Positions 53,862 to 62,603 of a DNA stretch of 64,000 nt are shown in pieces. Under the pieces are notes generated by a model that was not told where the DNA came from, did no database searches, and was given only the letters and a program-made list of their open reading frames with translations. The DNA comes from an uncultured Eubacteriales bacterium (GTDB lineage Bacteria; Bacillota_I; Bacilli_A; RFN20; CAG-288), in contig ONBI01000010.1 in the NCBI GenBank assembly GCA_900316035.1, forward strand, positions 9,683-73,682. Direction: 5' to 3'. The translations under genes and the position numbers were made by a program. The stretch's first letter is position 1. Every line of letters starts with the position of its first letter.

Positions 53862-54764
53862 ATGGACGAAGAAAGATTCTCCACGATTCTCAATACGCTC
53901 TACTTCCAAAGAAAGAAAGACGGCATTAAAAACGACTTCGGTAAGACACTGATTTTCGGTGGTTCTCTTCCTTATCCGAACGCTCCTCTTATCGCCGCTT
54001 CTTCTTCCCTTCTATCCGGGAACGGATTCACGGCTTTAGGCGTACCGGAAAAGATCTATCCGATCGTAGCTTCCCGTGCCGAAGAAGCCATCATTTACGA
54101 ACTTTCCTTAGCTCCAGAAGATTTGGTCTACACAAAAGAAAATCTAACTAGAATATTTTCTTCTTATCCTTCCATTCTTTTCGGAAACGGGATCAAAGAC
54201 GATGAAAACAATCTTCTTCTCTTAAAAGAAATACTTTCTTCTTATCACGGGAATCTGATTCTCGATGCTACCGGTTTGACTCTGTATGGAAAACTGACCG
54301 AAGAAGAAAGAAAGAATCATGCCTGTTCCTTCCTTCTTCTGACTCCACACCTAGGAGAAGCAAGAAGGCTTTTCTCGCTGACACAAGGTAGCCGAGACCC
54401 GAAAGACTACGAAGAAATCGCCAAAGGCTTTGCAAAGAAATATAACGTTCATATTCTTCTGAAGAGTGTCTCTTCTCTCTATATCACACCGGAAGGAAAG
54501 TCCTTTGAAAGTTCTTATGAGCCTACTCCTTCTTTAGGAAGAGCCGGTTCGGGAGATGGATTAGCCGGTTATATCGCAGGCCTTTTTGCCTATGCGACAA
54601 AACTTTTTGCTCCCGATGAAATCGTCCTTTTCGCCGATCAGTTCCTCCACTCCCTTGCTCATTTTGCCGAAACAAAACAAGGAGCGGGATCTCTCGATAT
54701 CCGCTCCGTGGAAAGTTATTTTGTTCCTTTTCTGCTCTCGTATCGGAAAGAATCAGTTTGCTGA
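53862..54764 (+). CDS. nnrD: ADP-dependent NAD(P)H-hydrate dehydratase (YjeF C-terminal/carbohydrate-kinase type)
   Basis: 300 aa. NDFGKTLIFGGSLPYPNAPLIAASSSLLSGNG, LTPHLGEARRL, GRAGSGDGLAG. 4-nt gap to the GT2 gene. Confidence 0.75.
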   Translation: MDEERFSTILNTLYFQRKKDGIKNDFGKTLIFGGSLPYPNAPLIAASSSLLSGNGFTALGVPEKIYPIVASRAEEAIIYELSLAPEDLVYTKENLTRIFSSYPSILFGNGIKDDENNLLLLKEILSSYHGNLILDATGLTLYGKLTEEERKNHACSFLLLTPHLGEARRLFSLTQGSRDPKDYEEIAKGFAKKYNVHILLKSVSSLYITPEGKSFESSYEPTPSLGRAGSGDGLAGYIAGLFAYATKLFAPDEIVLFADQFLHSLAHFAETKQGAGSLDIRSVESYFVPFLLSYRKESVC

Positions 54765-55559
54765 ACCGGCGTAATAGTTCTTCAGAAGAATCGTGTTCTC
54801 CTGACAATTGAACATCGAATAACCATCGTGGTTATAGACGTCTTTACGGTTATAAGTAAACGGCTTCAGTTTTGAATCCAGGAATACACCGCCTGCTTCT
54901 TCGACAACCAGTTCCGGAGCGCAGGTATCCCACTCTTTTGTTTGGTCGGTGAAGCGGATAGAAAAGTCACCTTTTCCTGCCGCTAACATGACCGCTTTTG
55001 TGGAAGCACCGGAAGCAATAGCCTGAGCAACTTTATCTTTGTTGACTTCCAGTACCTTTTCTTCTTCGGGAAGAACATGAGTGCGTGACATCAAAGCAAT
55101 CAGATGGTCCGTTCTTGAAGAAACATGGAGTCTTTCTTCTTTGCCATCCGGAGAAACAAAGTAAGTTCCTGCTCCTTTTAAGGCATAAGCAAAAGCCTGT
55201 CTAGCCGGAAGAGCGATAAAAGAAGCGACCGGAGCATGGTCGACCACTAAGGCAAGATTAATACCGAAAGTTCCATCGTGATGGACAAAGTCGGCCGTTC
55301 CATCCAAAGGATCCACGATAAAAAGGGCTCTTTTCTGAAGCCGCGAAGAATCGTCTGCTTCCTCTTCGCTGAGCCAAGCAATATCCGAAAAGACGGAGAG
55401 CTTCTTCCTCAATAAAGCATCGCTAGCGATATCGGCATCGGTGACCGGGGAATTATCCTCCTTGATCTTGACCGAGAAGCCTTTCTGATAAATCCGTAAG
55501 ACTTCGGCGGAAGCTTCTTTTCCCGCCTCGATCATCGCCCGGAGTTCACTCTCGTACAT
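54753..55559 (-). CDS. Inositol-monophosphatase-family phosphatase (CysQ-like 3'(2'),5'-bisphosphate nucleotidase)
   Basis: WLSEEE, FIVDPLDGT, WDTCAPELVVEEAGG. Start taken at ATG 55559 (GGAGG 7 nt upstream, TGATG overlap with the nrnA stop). The track uses GTG 55562. Confidence 0.8.
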   Translation of the reverse strand: MYESELRAMIEAGKEASAEVLRIYQKGFSVKIKEDNSPVTDADIASDALLRKKLSVFSDIAWLSEEEADDSSRLQKRALFIVDPLDGTADFVHHDGTFGINLALVVDHAPVASFIALPARQAFAYALKGAGTYFVSPDGKEERLHVSSRTDHLIALMSRTHVLPEEEKVLEVNKDKVAQAIASGASTKAVMLAAGKGDFSIRFTDQTKEWDTCAPELVVEEAGGVFLDSKLKPFTYNRKDVYNHDGYSMFNCQENTILLKNYYAGSAN

Positions 55560-56509
55560 CACTTCACCTCCGGAAGCTCGTTCAAAGCTTCGACAACCTT
55601 CTCGGAATCCTCCAGCGAACGGAGTTTACAGCCTGAAGCCGCTAAATGTCCACCACCGCCAAAAGCTAAGGCCGTGATCTGGACGTTATAGTGTCCGTCA
55701 CTTCTTAACTCGACACGGATGGAGCCGTCTTCCTGTTCGGTGAACTGAGCCCAGATCGGTCTACCATCGAGAAGAGAAATCAGGTCCACACGGTTAGAAG
55801 CATCGTTTTCTTCAATTCCTAAAGGAGCATAGGCATCCCGAGGGACTTTGACATAAGTGACTTTTCCCGATGTCTTAAGATGGTCATAGACATAGGAACG
55901 GAAACGGAGAGAGGCGCTGTCCTGACGATAAAGCACGGCGTAAAGCTTCCGGTAATCCGCACCGGCCTCAATCAGTTTCTTAGCAATCTCCAAGGTACCG
56001 GGTTCCGAATCACAGCGGAAACGATCGGTATCCGTGACAAGCCCAAGATAGAAAAGATCCGCGCTGCAGGCAGGGATTCTTCCATAGCGAAGAAGAAGGC
56101 ATCTCGCTAAAGCCAAAGTTGCCGAAGGAGCATCGGCATCACGGAAGACCGGATAGGAATAAGTGCCATTAGCTATGTGATGATCGACACAGACCAACTT
56201 CTTGCAGAGAACATAGTTTTTATCTTCGATACGGGCACCATCGGAGACATCGACGATGAAGCCTAACGACTTCTTATAGGTTTCTTCGTCAAGAATATCA
56301 CTCGGATCAAGAAGCTCTTCGAGATACTTCGGATGGGAACCGACCGCGTAGACTTTCTTCTGCGGGAAGAACTCTTTGAGAGCTCTCTTCATCCCGTAGA
56401 CAGATCCTAAGCAATCGCCGTCCGGATTGACGTGGCCGAATAAGACGATGCTATCGGCTTTCTCGACTTCGTCAAAGACACGGGCGATATCTTCTTTTCT
56501 GTATTCCAT
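55559..56509 (-). CDS. nrnA: DHH/DHHA1 phosphoesterase NrnA (oligoribonuclease / pAp phosphatase)
   Basis: 316 aa. GHVNPDGDCLGS, VCVDHH, DTDRF, FGGGGHLAASG. Confidence 0.85.
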   Translation of the reverse strand: MEYRKEDIARVFDEVEKADSIVLFGHVNPDGDCLGSVYGMKRALKEFFPQKKVYAVGSHPKYLEELLDPSDILDEETYKKSLGFIVDVSDGARIEDKNYVLCKKLVCVDHHIANGTYSYPVFRDADAPSATLALARCLLLRYGRIPACSADLFYLGLVTDTDRFRCDSEPGTLEIAKKLIEAGADYRKLYAVLYRQDSASLRFRSYVYDHLKTSGKVTYVKVPRDAYAPLGIEENDASNRVDLISLLDGRPIWAQFTEQEDGSIRVELRSDGHYNVQITALAFGGGGHLAASGCKLRSLEDSEKVVEALNELPEVK

Positions 56510-56530
56510 AGGCTACCCCTTTCTTTTCGG

Positions 56531-56560
56531 CGAAAGAAAAGGCCCTGCAAAGAGGGCTCT
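56531..56560 (-). terminator. Terminator or attenuator after rpoE
   Basis: Minus strand reads GCCCT-ctttgc-AGGGCCTTTTCTTT. Confidence 0.5.
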
Positions 56561-56579
56561 TTCCTTTTCGATACAAAGT

Positions 56580-57023
56580 TCAGTTGTTTTCGTCTTCGTC
56601 GTCATCCATCGACATATCGGAGCCGCTCTCTTCACCGAGCTCTTCCTCTTCGTCATCGCTCTTCTTCTCTTCGCCTTCCTCATCGGAAGAATCTTCATCG
56701 GAAGTATGGGCCGGTTTCTCATCGTCCTCATACTCATCGAGCGAGTAGACTTCGTTCATATCGATGTGGATATCTTCGAACTTCTCATGTTCGCGGAGAA
56801 CCCAGGTGTTGTTCTCCTTGATGACGAAACGGCCATCGAGCGTCAAATCGGTATAGAAGCGGGAAGCGATCTTGAGAAGATCATCCTCTTTCTCCATGCC
56901 GATTCCCTGACCGACCGCAAGAAGCAGATCCGAGAACTTCATCGGAACGCTCTTGTTGCCATTATCTTCGTAAGACTTTTTCAGAACATCGTAAGCAACA
57001 TCCATCAATGATTTATTCGCCAT
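56580..57023 (-). CDS. rpoE: DNA-directed RNA polymerase delta subunit
   Basis: 147 aa. N-terminal domain SLMDVAYDVLKK...FYTDLTLDGRFV. Long Asp/Glu-rich C-terminal tail. Confidence 0.85.
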   Translation of the reverse strand: MANKSLMDVAYDVLKKSYEDNGNKSVPMKFSDLLLAVGQGIGMEKEDDLLKIASRFYTDLTLDGRFVIKENNTWVLREHEKFEDIHIDMNEVYSLDEYEDDEKPAHTSDEDSSDEEGEEKKSDDEEEELGEESGSDMSMDDDEDENN

Positions 57024-57094
57024 AAAGGTCTCCTTGTATTCTGTTATAAAACTCTTCCTAAGTATACTCTTTCCCCGTGGGAGAACAAAGTTTT

Positions 57095-58747
57095 TTAGGC
57101 TTCTTCCTTGTCCTGAGAGGACATTCTCTCCGGCGCGGAAACGCCGATCAGGCCTAAGGCATCAGCTAAGACGATGCGGCAGGCTTCGACTAAGCCTAAG
57201 CGTTCGTTGGTGAGCGGAAGGTTGTTCTTATCGAGAACATAGCACTTCGTATAGAACTCGTTGATAGCAACCGCAAGGGTGTGGACGTAGTTGGTGACTT
57301 TATAAGGTTCGTTCTCACTCAAGGCATCCTGAATGACATTCGGATAATCCTTTAAGAGAAGAAGCAGATCCTTTTCGGAATCGCTGACAAGTAAGTCACC
57401 CTTATAGTTGAGAGGATAGAATTCTTTCCCTTTCGCTAAGATGCCGCAGAGACGGGCGTGCGTGTACTGCGCATAGTAGACCGGGTTTTCACTTCCCATG
57501 GTCTTCGCGAGGTTGATATCGAAATCGAGATGACTCGAAGCCGCGCGGGAAACGAAGAAATAACGGGTAGCATCGACACCGACTTCCTCGATGAGTTCCT
57601 TCATCGAGATGGCGTTACCGGTACGCTTCGACATCTTGAATTCTTCGCCGTCCTTGAAGAGACGGACCATCTGAATCAGAAGAACGTTCAAGGCATCCGG
57701 ATTATGACCTAAATCCTTCTGCGAGGATTTGATACGGGTGACATAACCATGGTGATCGGCACCGAAGAGGTCGATCAGAAGATCGAAGCCACGGCTGAAC
57801 TTATCGTTGTGATAGGCGATATCGGGAAGAAGATAGGTATAAGCACCATCGCTCTTGATCAAGACACGGTTCTTATCGTCGCCGTCTTTCGTGGTGTTGA
57901 GCCATAAGGCACCGTCTTTTTCATAGCAGTATGGCTTCAGCTTCTCTAAGACCTTCTCGACATCTCCACGGTCACGGATTGCTTTTTCGGAAGTGTAGAC
58001 ATCCTGATCGACACGGAATTCGTGAAGATCTTTCTTGATGGCATCGAGTAAGAAGGCTCCGCCGAATTTCTTGAATTCCGGAAGATGGCTATCGGGATCC
58101 TTGGTGTAAGCATCGCCGACTTTTTCTTTCAATGCTTTAGCGACTTCGATGATCTCTTCTCCATGATATCCGTCTTCAGGGATATCCTTCTTGATACCGA
58201 AGAGTTCAAGATAACGGGCTTCGACCGATTCGGCAAGATGATCCATCTGATTGCCGGCATCGTTGACATAGTATTCACGGGTGACTTCATAGCCACCTTT
58301 CTTATAGATACGGGCTAAAGAGTCACCGATAGCTGCGCCTCTGGCATGGCCTAAATGAAGAGTGCCGGTCGGGTTAGCCGAAACGTATTCGATATCGACT
58401 TTCTTCCCTTTACCGACAGTGAGTTCTCCATAATGCTCTGGATTCGAAGTGATCTGTGAGACAATCGCACCTAAGGTATCGGCCTTGAGGAAGAAATTGA
58501 GGAAACCGGGTTTGACGGCTTCGAGATGATCGACGCCATCCAAAGAGAAGGTGGCAGCGATTTTCTCCGCTAAGGCAAGCGGAGCCATGTGGGCACCTTT
58601 GGCCTTACGGAAAGCGATGTTGGAGGCATAGTCTCCGTGGTCGCGATTATCGCTCGGGGAGAGCTGAATCTCCTCGGCTTTCGCTTCGATACCGAGTCCG
58701 TTTAAGACTTTGACAAGCTCGGCTTTGATGTTTTCCTGAATATCCAT
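57095..58747 (-). CDS. argS: Arginyl-tRNA synthetase
   Basis: From MDIQENIKAEL. SANPTGTLHLGHARG (HIGH), MSKRTGN (KMSK). Start at ATG 58747, 10 nt after AAGGAG. The track TTG 58756 abuts the SD. Confidence 0.95.
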   Translation of the reverse strand: MDIQENIKAELVKVLNGLGIEAKAEEIQLSPSDNRDHGDYASNIAFRKAKGAHMAPLALAEKIAATFSLDGVDHLEAVKPGFLNFFLKADTLGAIVSQITSNPEHYGELTVGKGKKVDIEYVSANPTGTLHLGHARGAAIGDSLARIYKKGGYEVTREYYVNDAGNQMDHLAESVEARYLELFGIKKDIPEDGYHGEEIIEVAKALKEKVGDAYTKDPDSHLPEFKKFGGAFLLDAIKKDLHEFRVDQDVYTSEKAIRDRGDVEKVLEKLKPYCYEKDGALWLNTTKDGDDKNRVLIKSDGAYTYLLPDIAYHNDKFSRGFDLLIDLFGADHHGYVTRIKSSQKDLGHNPDALNVLLIQMVRLFKDGEEFKMSKRTGNAISMKELIEEVGVDATRYFFVSRAASSHLDFDINLAKTMGSENPVYYAQYTHARLCGILAKGKEFYPLNYKGDLLVSDSEKDLLLLLKDYPNVIQDALSENEPYKVTNYVHTLAVAINEFYTKCYVLDKNNLPLTNERLGLVEACRIVLADALGLIGVSAPERMSSQDKEEA

Positions 58748-58761
58748 AATGAGCAATCTCC

Positions 58762-59247
58762 TTACTCTTTGATCATCAATACCGTCGCATAGACGATGAT
58801 GGCTTCTTTCTTTCCGACGACACCTACTTTTTCGCCGGTGTTGGCGCTGAGTCCGATTCTGCTTTTATCGAGAGAAAGAAGATTCGCCAACGACTCTTTG
58901 ATCTTCTCCCGATAAGGTTTCAGCTTCGGTTCCTGCAAGAGAATATCGACCACGACATTGTTGAGGTGATACCCTTCCTTCTTCATCTCCTCAAGCGCGA
59001 AAGAAAGAATCTTAACGGAATTCATATCTTTCGTCTTCGGGCTGTTATCGGGGAAATAGACCCCGATATCTTCTTTTCCTAAGCCAGAGAGGATAGCGTT
59101 AGAAAGTGCATGCAGAACGATATCTCCATCCGAATGGGCCAAAACATGAATTGAGCCCTCAATAGGAACCTGAGCAAGAAGAAGATGAGAACCTTCTTCC
59201 TGTATCAAGGTGTGGATATCGTAACCGAAACCTTGCCGTAACTCCAT
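58762..59247 (-). CDS. ispF: 2-C-methyl-D-erythritol 2,4-cyclodiphosphate synthase
   Basis: 161 aa. GFGYDIHTL, LAHSDGDIVLHAL. Confidence 0.95.
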   Translation of the reverse strand: MELRQGFGYDIHTLIQEEGSHLLLAQVPIEGSIHVLAHSDGDIVLHALSNAILSGLGKEDIGVYFPDNSPKTKDMNSVKILSFALEEMKKEGYHLNNVVVDILLQEPKLKPYREKIKESLANLLSLDKSRIGLSANTGEKVGVVGKKEAIIVYATVLMIKE

Positions 59248-59252
59248 ATAGT

Positions 59253-60368
59253 TTACTTTTTCTTCGCGGCGGAACGGATATAGAGAATATCCCCGTCTTT
59301 GACGACATAATCCTTACCGACTGTCTGCATCTTACCGGCTTCCTTGACGGCATTCTCACTTCCGTAATGAAGAAGATCGTCATAAGAATAGACTTCCGCT
59401 TTGAGGAAGAACTTCTGGAAATCGGTGTGAATGACACCGGCGCATTCCGGAGCCGTCATCCCTTCATGGAAGGTCCAGGCACGGACTTCATCTTCACCGC
59501 CGGTGAAGAAAGTGCGTAAGCCGAGGATGTGATACGCGGCGAAGGTGACTTTATCCAAGCCGGTCTGAGAAGTACCGAGAGAAGCAAGATAATCCTTGCG
59601 GTCTTCGGCAGAAACGCGGGAGAGTTCCTCTTCGATACGGGCCGAAACCGGAATGCATTCCGCATGGTTAGCTTTGGCGTATTCCGCAAGAGCTTTGTAA
59701 TATGGGTTAGCCATAGGATCCGCATAGGATTCCTCATCGACATTGCCGACATAGATGACCGGCTTCAGGGTGATGAGGTTAAAAGTCTTGGCTAAGGGTT
59801 TCTCTTCGGTAGAAAGCTCAATCTGAGAAGCGAGCTTTTCGTTCTTAAGACCTTCGAGAAGTTTACGGATAGCCGAAACTTCAAGAAGTTCGTCCTTGTT
59901 CTTCGTGGTTTCCGCATGGCGGACAACTTTTTCATAGCGCTTCTGAAGAACATCGATATCGGAAAGCATCAACTCGAGGTTGATTTCGTTGACATCGGCG
60001 ATCGGGTCGACCGGTCTTCCGTTATAGGTGATGATCTCACTGGAATCGAAGCAACGGACGACGTGGATGATAGCATCGGTCGAACGGATGTTTCCTAAGA
60101 ACTGGTTTCCTAAACCTTCGCCCTTGGATGCCCCTTTGACAAGACCGGCGATATCGGTGAATTCGAAAGTAGCCCGGACCGTCTTCTTCGGGTTGAAGAT
60201 CTTGACCAATTCATCGACTCTCGGGTCATTGACCGCCACGACGCCGGTGTTCGGCTCGATGGTGGCGAAAGGATAGTTCTCCGCCAAGACGTGGTTGTTG
60301 GTGATGGCGTTGAACAATGTGGACTTACCGACGTTCGGCAATCCGACGATACCTGCCGTTAAACTCAT
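59253..60368 (-). CDS. ychF: Redox-regulated/ribosome-binding ATPase YchF
   Basis: 371 aa. GIVGLPNVGKSTLFNA, TIEPNTG, FTDIAGLVKGAS, C-terminal TGS-like RAWTFHEGMTAPECAGVIHTDF. Confidence 0.95.
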   Translation of the reverse strand: MSLTAGIVGLPNVGKSTLFNAITNNHVLAENYPFATIEPNTGVVAVNDPRVDELVKIFNPKKTVRATFEFTDIAGLVKGASKGEGLGNQFLGNIRSTDAIIHVVRCFDSSEIITYNGRPVDPIADVNEINLELMLSDIDVLQKRYEKVVRHAETTKNKDELLEVSAIRKLLEGLKNEKLASQIELSTEEKPLAKTFNLITLKPVIYVGNVDEESYADPMANPYYKALAEYAKANHAECIPVSARIEEELSRVSAEDRKDYLASLGTSQTGLDKVTFAAYHILGLRTFFTGGEDEVRAWTFHEGMTAPECAGVIHTDFQKFFLKAEVYSYDDLLHYGSENAVKEAGKMQTVGKDYVVKDGDILYIRSAAKKK

Positions 60369-60465
60369 TTTCGTACCTCTTTAAAATGCAACGTAAAATA
60401 ACGCGGTCTTTATTATAGTTATTTACTGCTGTTATGCAAAGAAAAGAAAGATATTAGAAAGAAAA

Positions 60466-62457
60466 TCAGTTGCTGAAAGAGACATAGACATCGCTGTCTA
60501 CACTAGGAAGCAGAGTCGAAAGTCTGCGGTAATTGTCTCCGTCTTTGATATAGAGAGTCTGATAGGTCTTGTTATTGACGTTGAGAAGAGTGCTCAGATC
60601 ACTCTGATAAAGATTTACCTGGCGGGAAGGAAGAACCAAGAGCGTTCCTAAGGAAGCCTTGGTTTCATTATCTTTATCGGCATAATCGTAGAAAGTAAGA
60701 GTGATGCCTTTCGTCAATTTGCGATAGAGAGAAAGTACGTTCTGAGAATCATGACTCGTTGTTCCAAAGAGTGGGAAAACGGCTTCTTTTGTCAGATCCG
60801 TATCGGTATATAAGCCATCGTAAAGATAGGTAGCGGAATCAATAGTGACACTATCTTCCAAACCGGTAAAGGAAGAAAGAGTAAGAGGAGCCGGAACAAG
60901 CTTTCCGGAGCTGTCTTTCGTGTAATCGAAAGTCGCCGTGATCGGATCAAGAGAAGAAGCTACATAACTGCCGGTCGAATTATCGTAAGAAGCGATGGAA
61001 ACTTCTCCTTTGTAATCATAGACAAGAGCCACTTTGATATCCTTATCCGGCATGGTCGAATACGGATTCGTTTCACTGGTTCCATCGTCTCGGACAAGCT
61101 TGGCTTCGATAAAGACAAGAGAGGAATCCGACACTGCCGTTTCTGCATCGGTAATATAGGTTGTTATTTCCTCACCGGCATTGATTTTGCGGACGATATC
61201 CTTTTCCTTCGTCCCAGCATAATCACTAGGATAATCATAGGTAATCGTCAAGGAACTCCATTCATGATAAGAAGCTAAAAGAGTCACTTCTCCACCCGGA
61301 AGTTTATCGTTGAGGAAGGAAAAAGTCTTACCGTTATAGGTGTAATAAAGGAAGTTTGCATTCTCTTTACTCGGAGTATAGGAAGTAAGAACGCTCTCTC
61401 CTAACGTGTCCCCTTCGAAATAGGTATTGGAAATCGTGTGGCTCGTCTCCCCATTGAGAGTTCCGCCATTATAATCCAAGGTAAGGGTAACCTGTTCATC
61501 CCATTTCAGATACAGATCGATATCCTGATCGAGAATCGGAGAATCGAGATAGAAAGGAGAAGTAAATTCGGGATCGAGATAAAAACCGGAGAAACGATAG
61601 CGTATATCTTGGCTCTCATTGAGATAGGTATAAACCGAAGAAGCAACGGAATAATCGATTTCGAAGTTCTCTTTCATCAGATCCTTGAGTTCCTCTTCGA
61701 TGGAAGCAGAGGCTTTGAAAGAAGTGGAAGGGAAGCCTTCCATTTCAAAATGGACCGTGATGGTAGGATCCGAAGTCCAATGGGCGAAAAGATCGACATT
61801 GCTATTCATCGGGAAAGACATACCATCGCTACCGAAAGATTCATCGAAACGGTATTGGCCAGGTTCCACATCCATATTCAGAGAATAATGCGTGACGTTA
61901 TTTTCATCGGTGGAAGAAACCAAAGGATATTCCGAATACCAGTAATCGAAATTGAGATGATCCTTGCTATCTTCCGCAGTCGGAAGATACTTCGTGTTCG
62001 GAATGCCTTTGGTGGCATAACCGCTTAAGACATTGCCGGAGAAAGAAGAAGAATCCAGTTCCGGAGCGACAAAAGAACCGTTCTCGGTTCCGTCTCCAAG
62101 ATGGAAAGTGAGAGTGATCAGAGGTTCGAAGTAAGCATAGAAAGTATCGGTACCATAGGGATAGTAAAAATAGGATTGCCCATCGCTATAGAGTCGTTTG
62201 TTGATGACTCGATAAGCACCGTTACTATCTTTTTCTCTCCAGCCGACAAAGTAATAACCTTCTTTGACTGGAGTCGGAATCGAAACCAAGATCGGGGTAC
62301 CCGCTTTACCTTCAATATAGGTGGTCTGAAAATTCTCGTCGGTAAAAGTTCCTCCGTTCAATTCAAAATTGATTCTCCCGCTGACGTAGGTCCTGCAGGA
62401 GGCGAGAGGAGAGAAAAAGGTGACCGCTAAAAGAACAGGCAGAACTTTTTTCTTCAT
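60466..62457 (-). CDS. Surface lipoprotein with several Listeria/Bacteroides-type (Flg_new-like) beta repeats
   Basis: From MKKKVLPVLLAVTFFSPLASC (lipobox). Repeated units of type INFELNGGTF...EGYYFVGW, LTFHLGDGTE...NFDYW, VTLTLDYNGGTLNG. Start chosen at 62457 from the promoter geometry. The track starts at 62478. Confidence 0.8.
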   Translation of the reverse strand: MKKKVLPVLLAVTFFSPLASCRTYVSGRINFELNGGTFTDENFQTTYIEGKAGTPILVSIPTPVKEGYYFVGWREKDSNGAYRVINKRLYSDGQSYFYYPYGTDTFYAYFEPLITLTFHLGDGTENGSFVAPELDSSSFSGNVLSGYATKGIPNTKYLPTAEDSKDHLNFDYWYSEYPLVSSTDENNVTHYSLNMDVEPGQYRFDESFGSDGMSFPMNSNVDLFAHWTSDPTITVHFEMEGFPSTSFKASASIEEELKDLMKENFEIDYSVASSVYTYLNESQDIRYRFSGFYLDPEFTSPFYLDSPILDQDIDLYLKWDEQVTLTLDYNGGTLNGETSHTISNTYFEGDTLGESVLTSYTPSKENANFLYYTYNGKTFSFLNDKLPGGEVTLLASYHEWSSLTITYDYPSDYAGTKEKDIVRKINAGEEITTYITDAETAVSDSSLVFIEAKLVRDDGTSETNPYSTMPDKDIKVALVYDYKGEVSIASYDNSTGSYVASSLDPITATFDYTKDSSGKLVPAPLTLSSFTGLEDSVTIDSATYLYDGLYTDTDLTKEAVFPLFGTTSHDSQNVLSLYRKLTKGITLTFYDYADKDNETKASLGTLLVLPSRQVNLYQSDLSTLLNVNNKTYQTLYIKDGDNYRRLSTLLPSVDSDVYVSFSN

Positions 62458-62464
62458 CGGTGCC

Positions 62465-62470
62465 ATTATA
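62465..62470 (-). promoter_or_regulatory. -10 box (TATAAT) 7 nt upstream of the lipoprotein ATG, candidate leaderless
   Basis: Minus strand reads gtTATAATggcaccgATGaagaaaaaa. No SD. Confidence 0.4.
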
Positions 62471-62603
62471 ACATGCACACCTTTTAAAAAGCCTCTATGG
62501 CGAGAAAGGAAAAGCGATAATTTCCAGTCGATGGAAAAAAGTTTGCTTACTTCTTTTTGCTTACCCCATCAAGCACTTCACCGCTTCCTCAGGATACGTA
62601 TCA

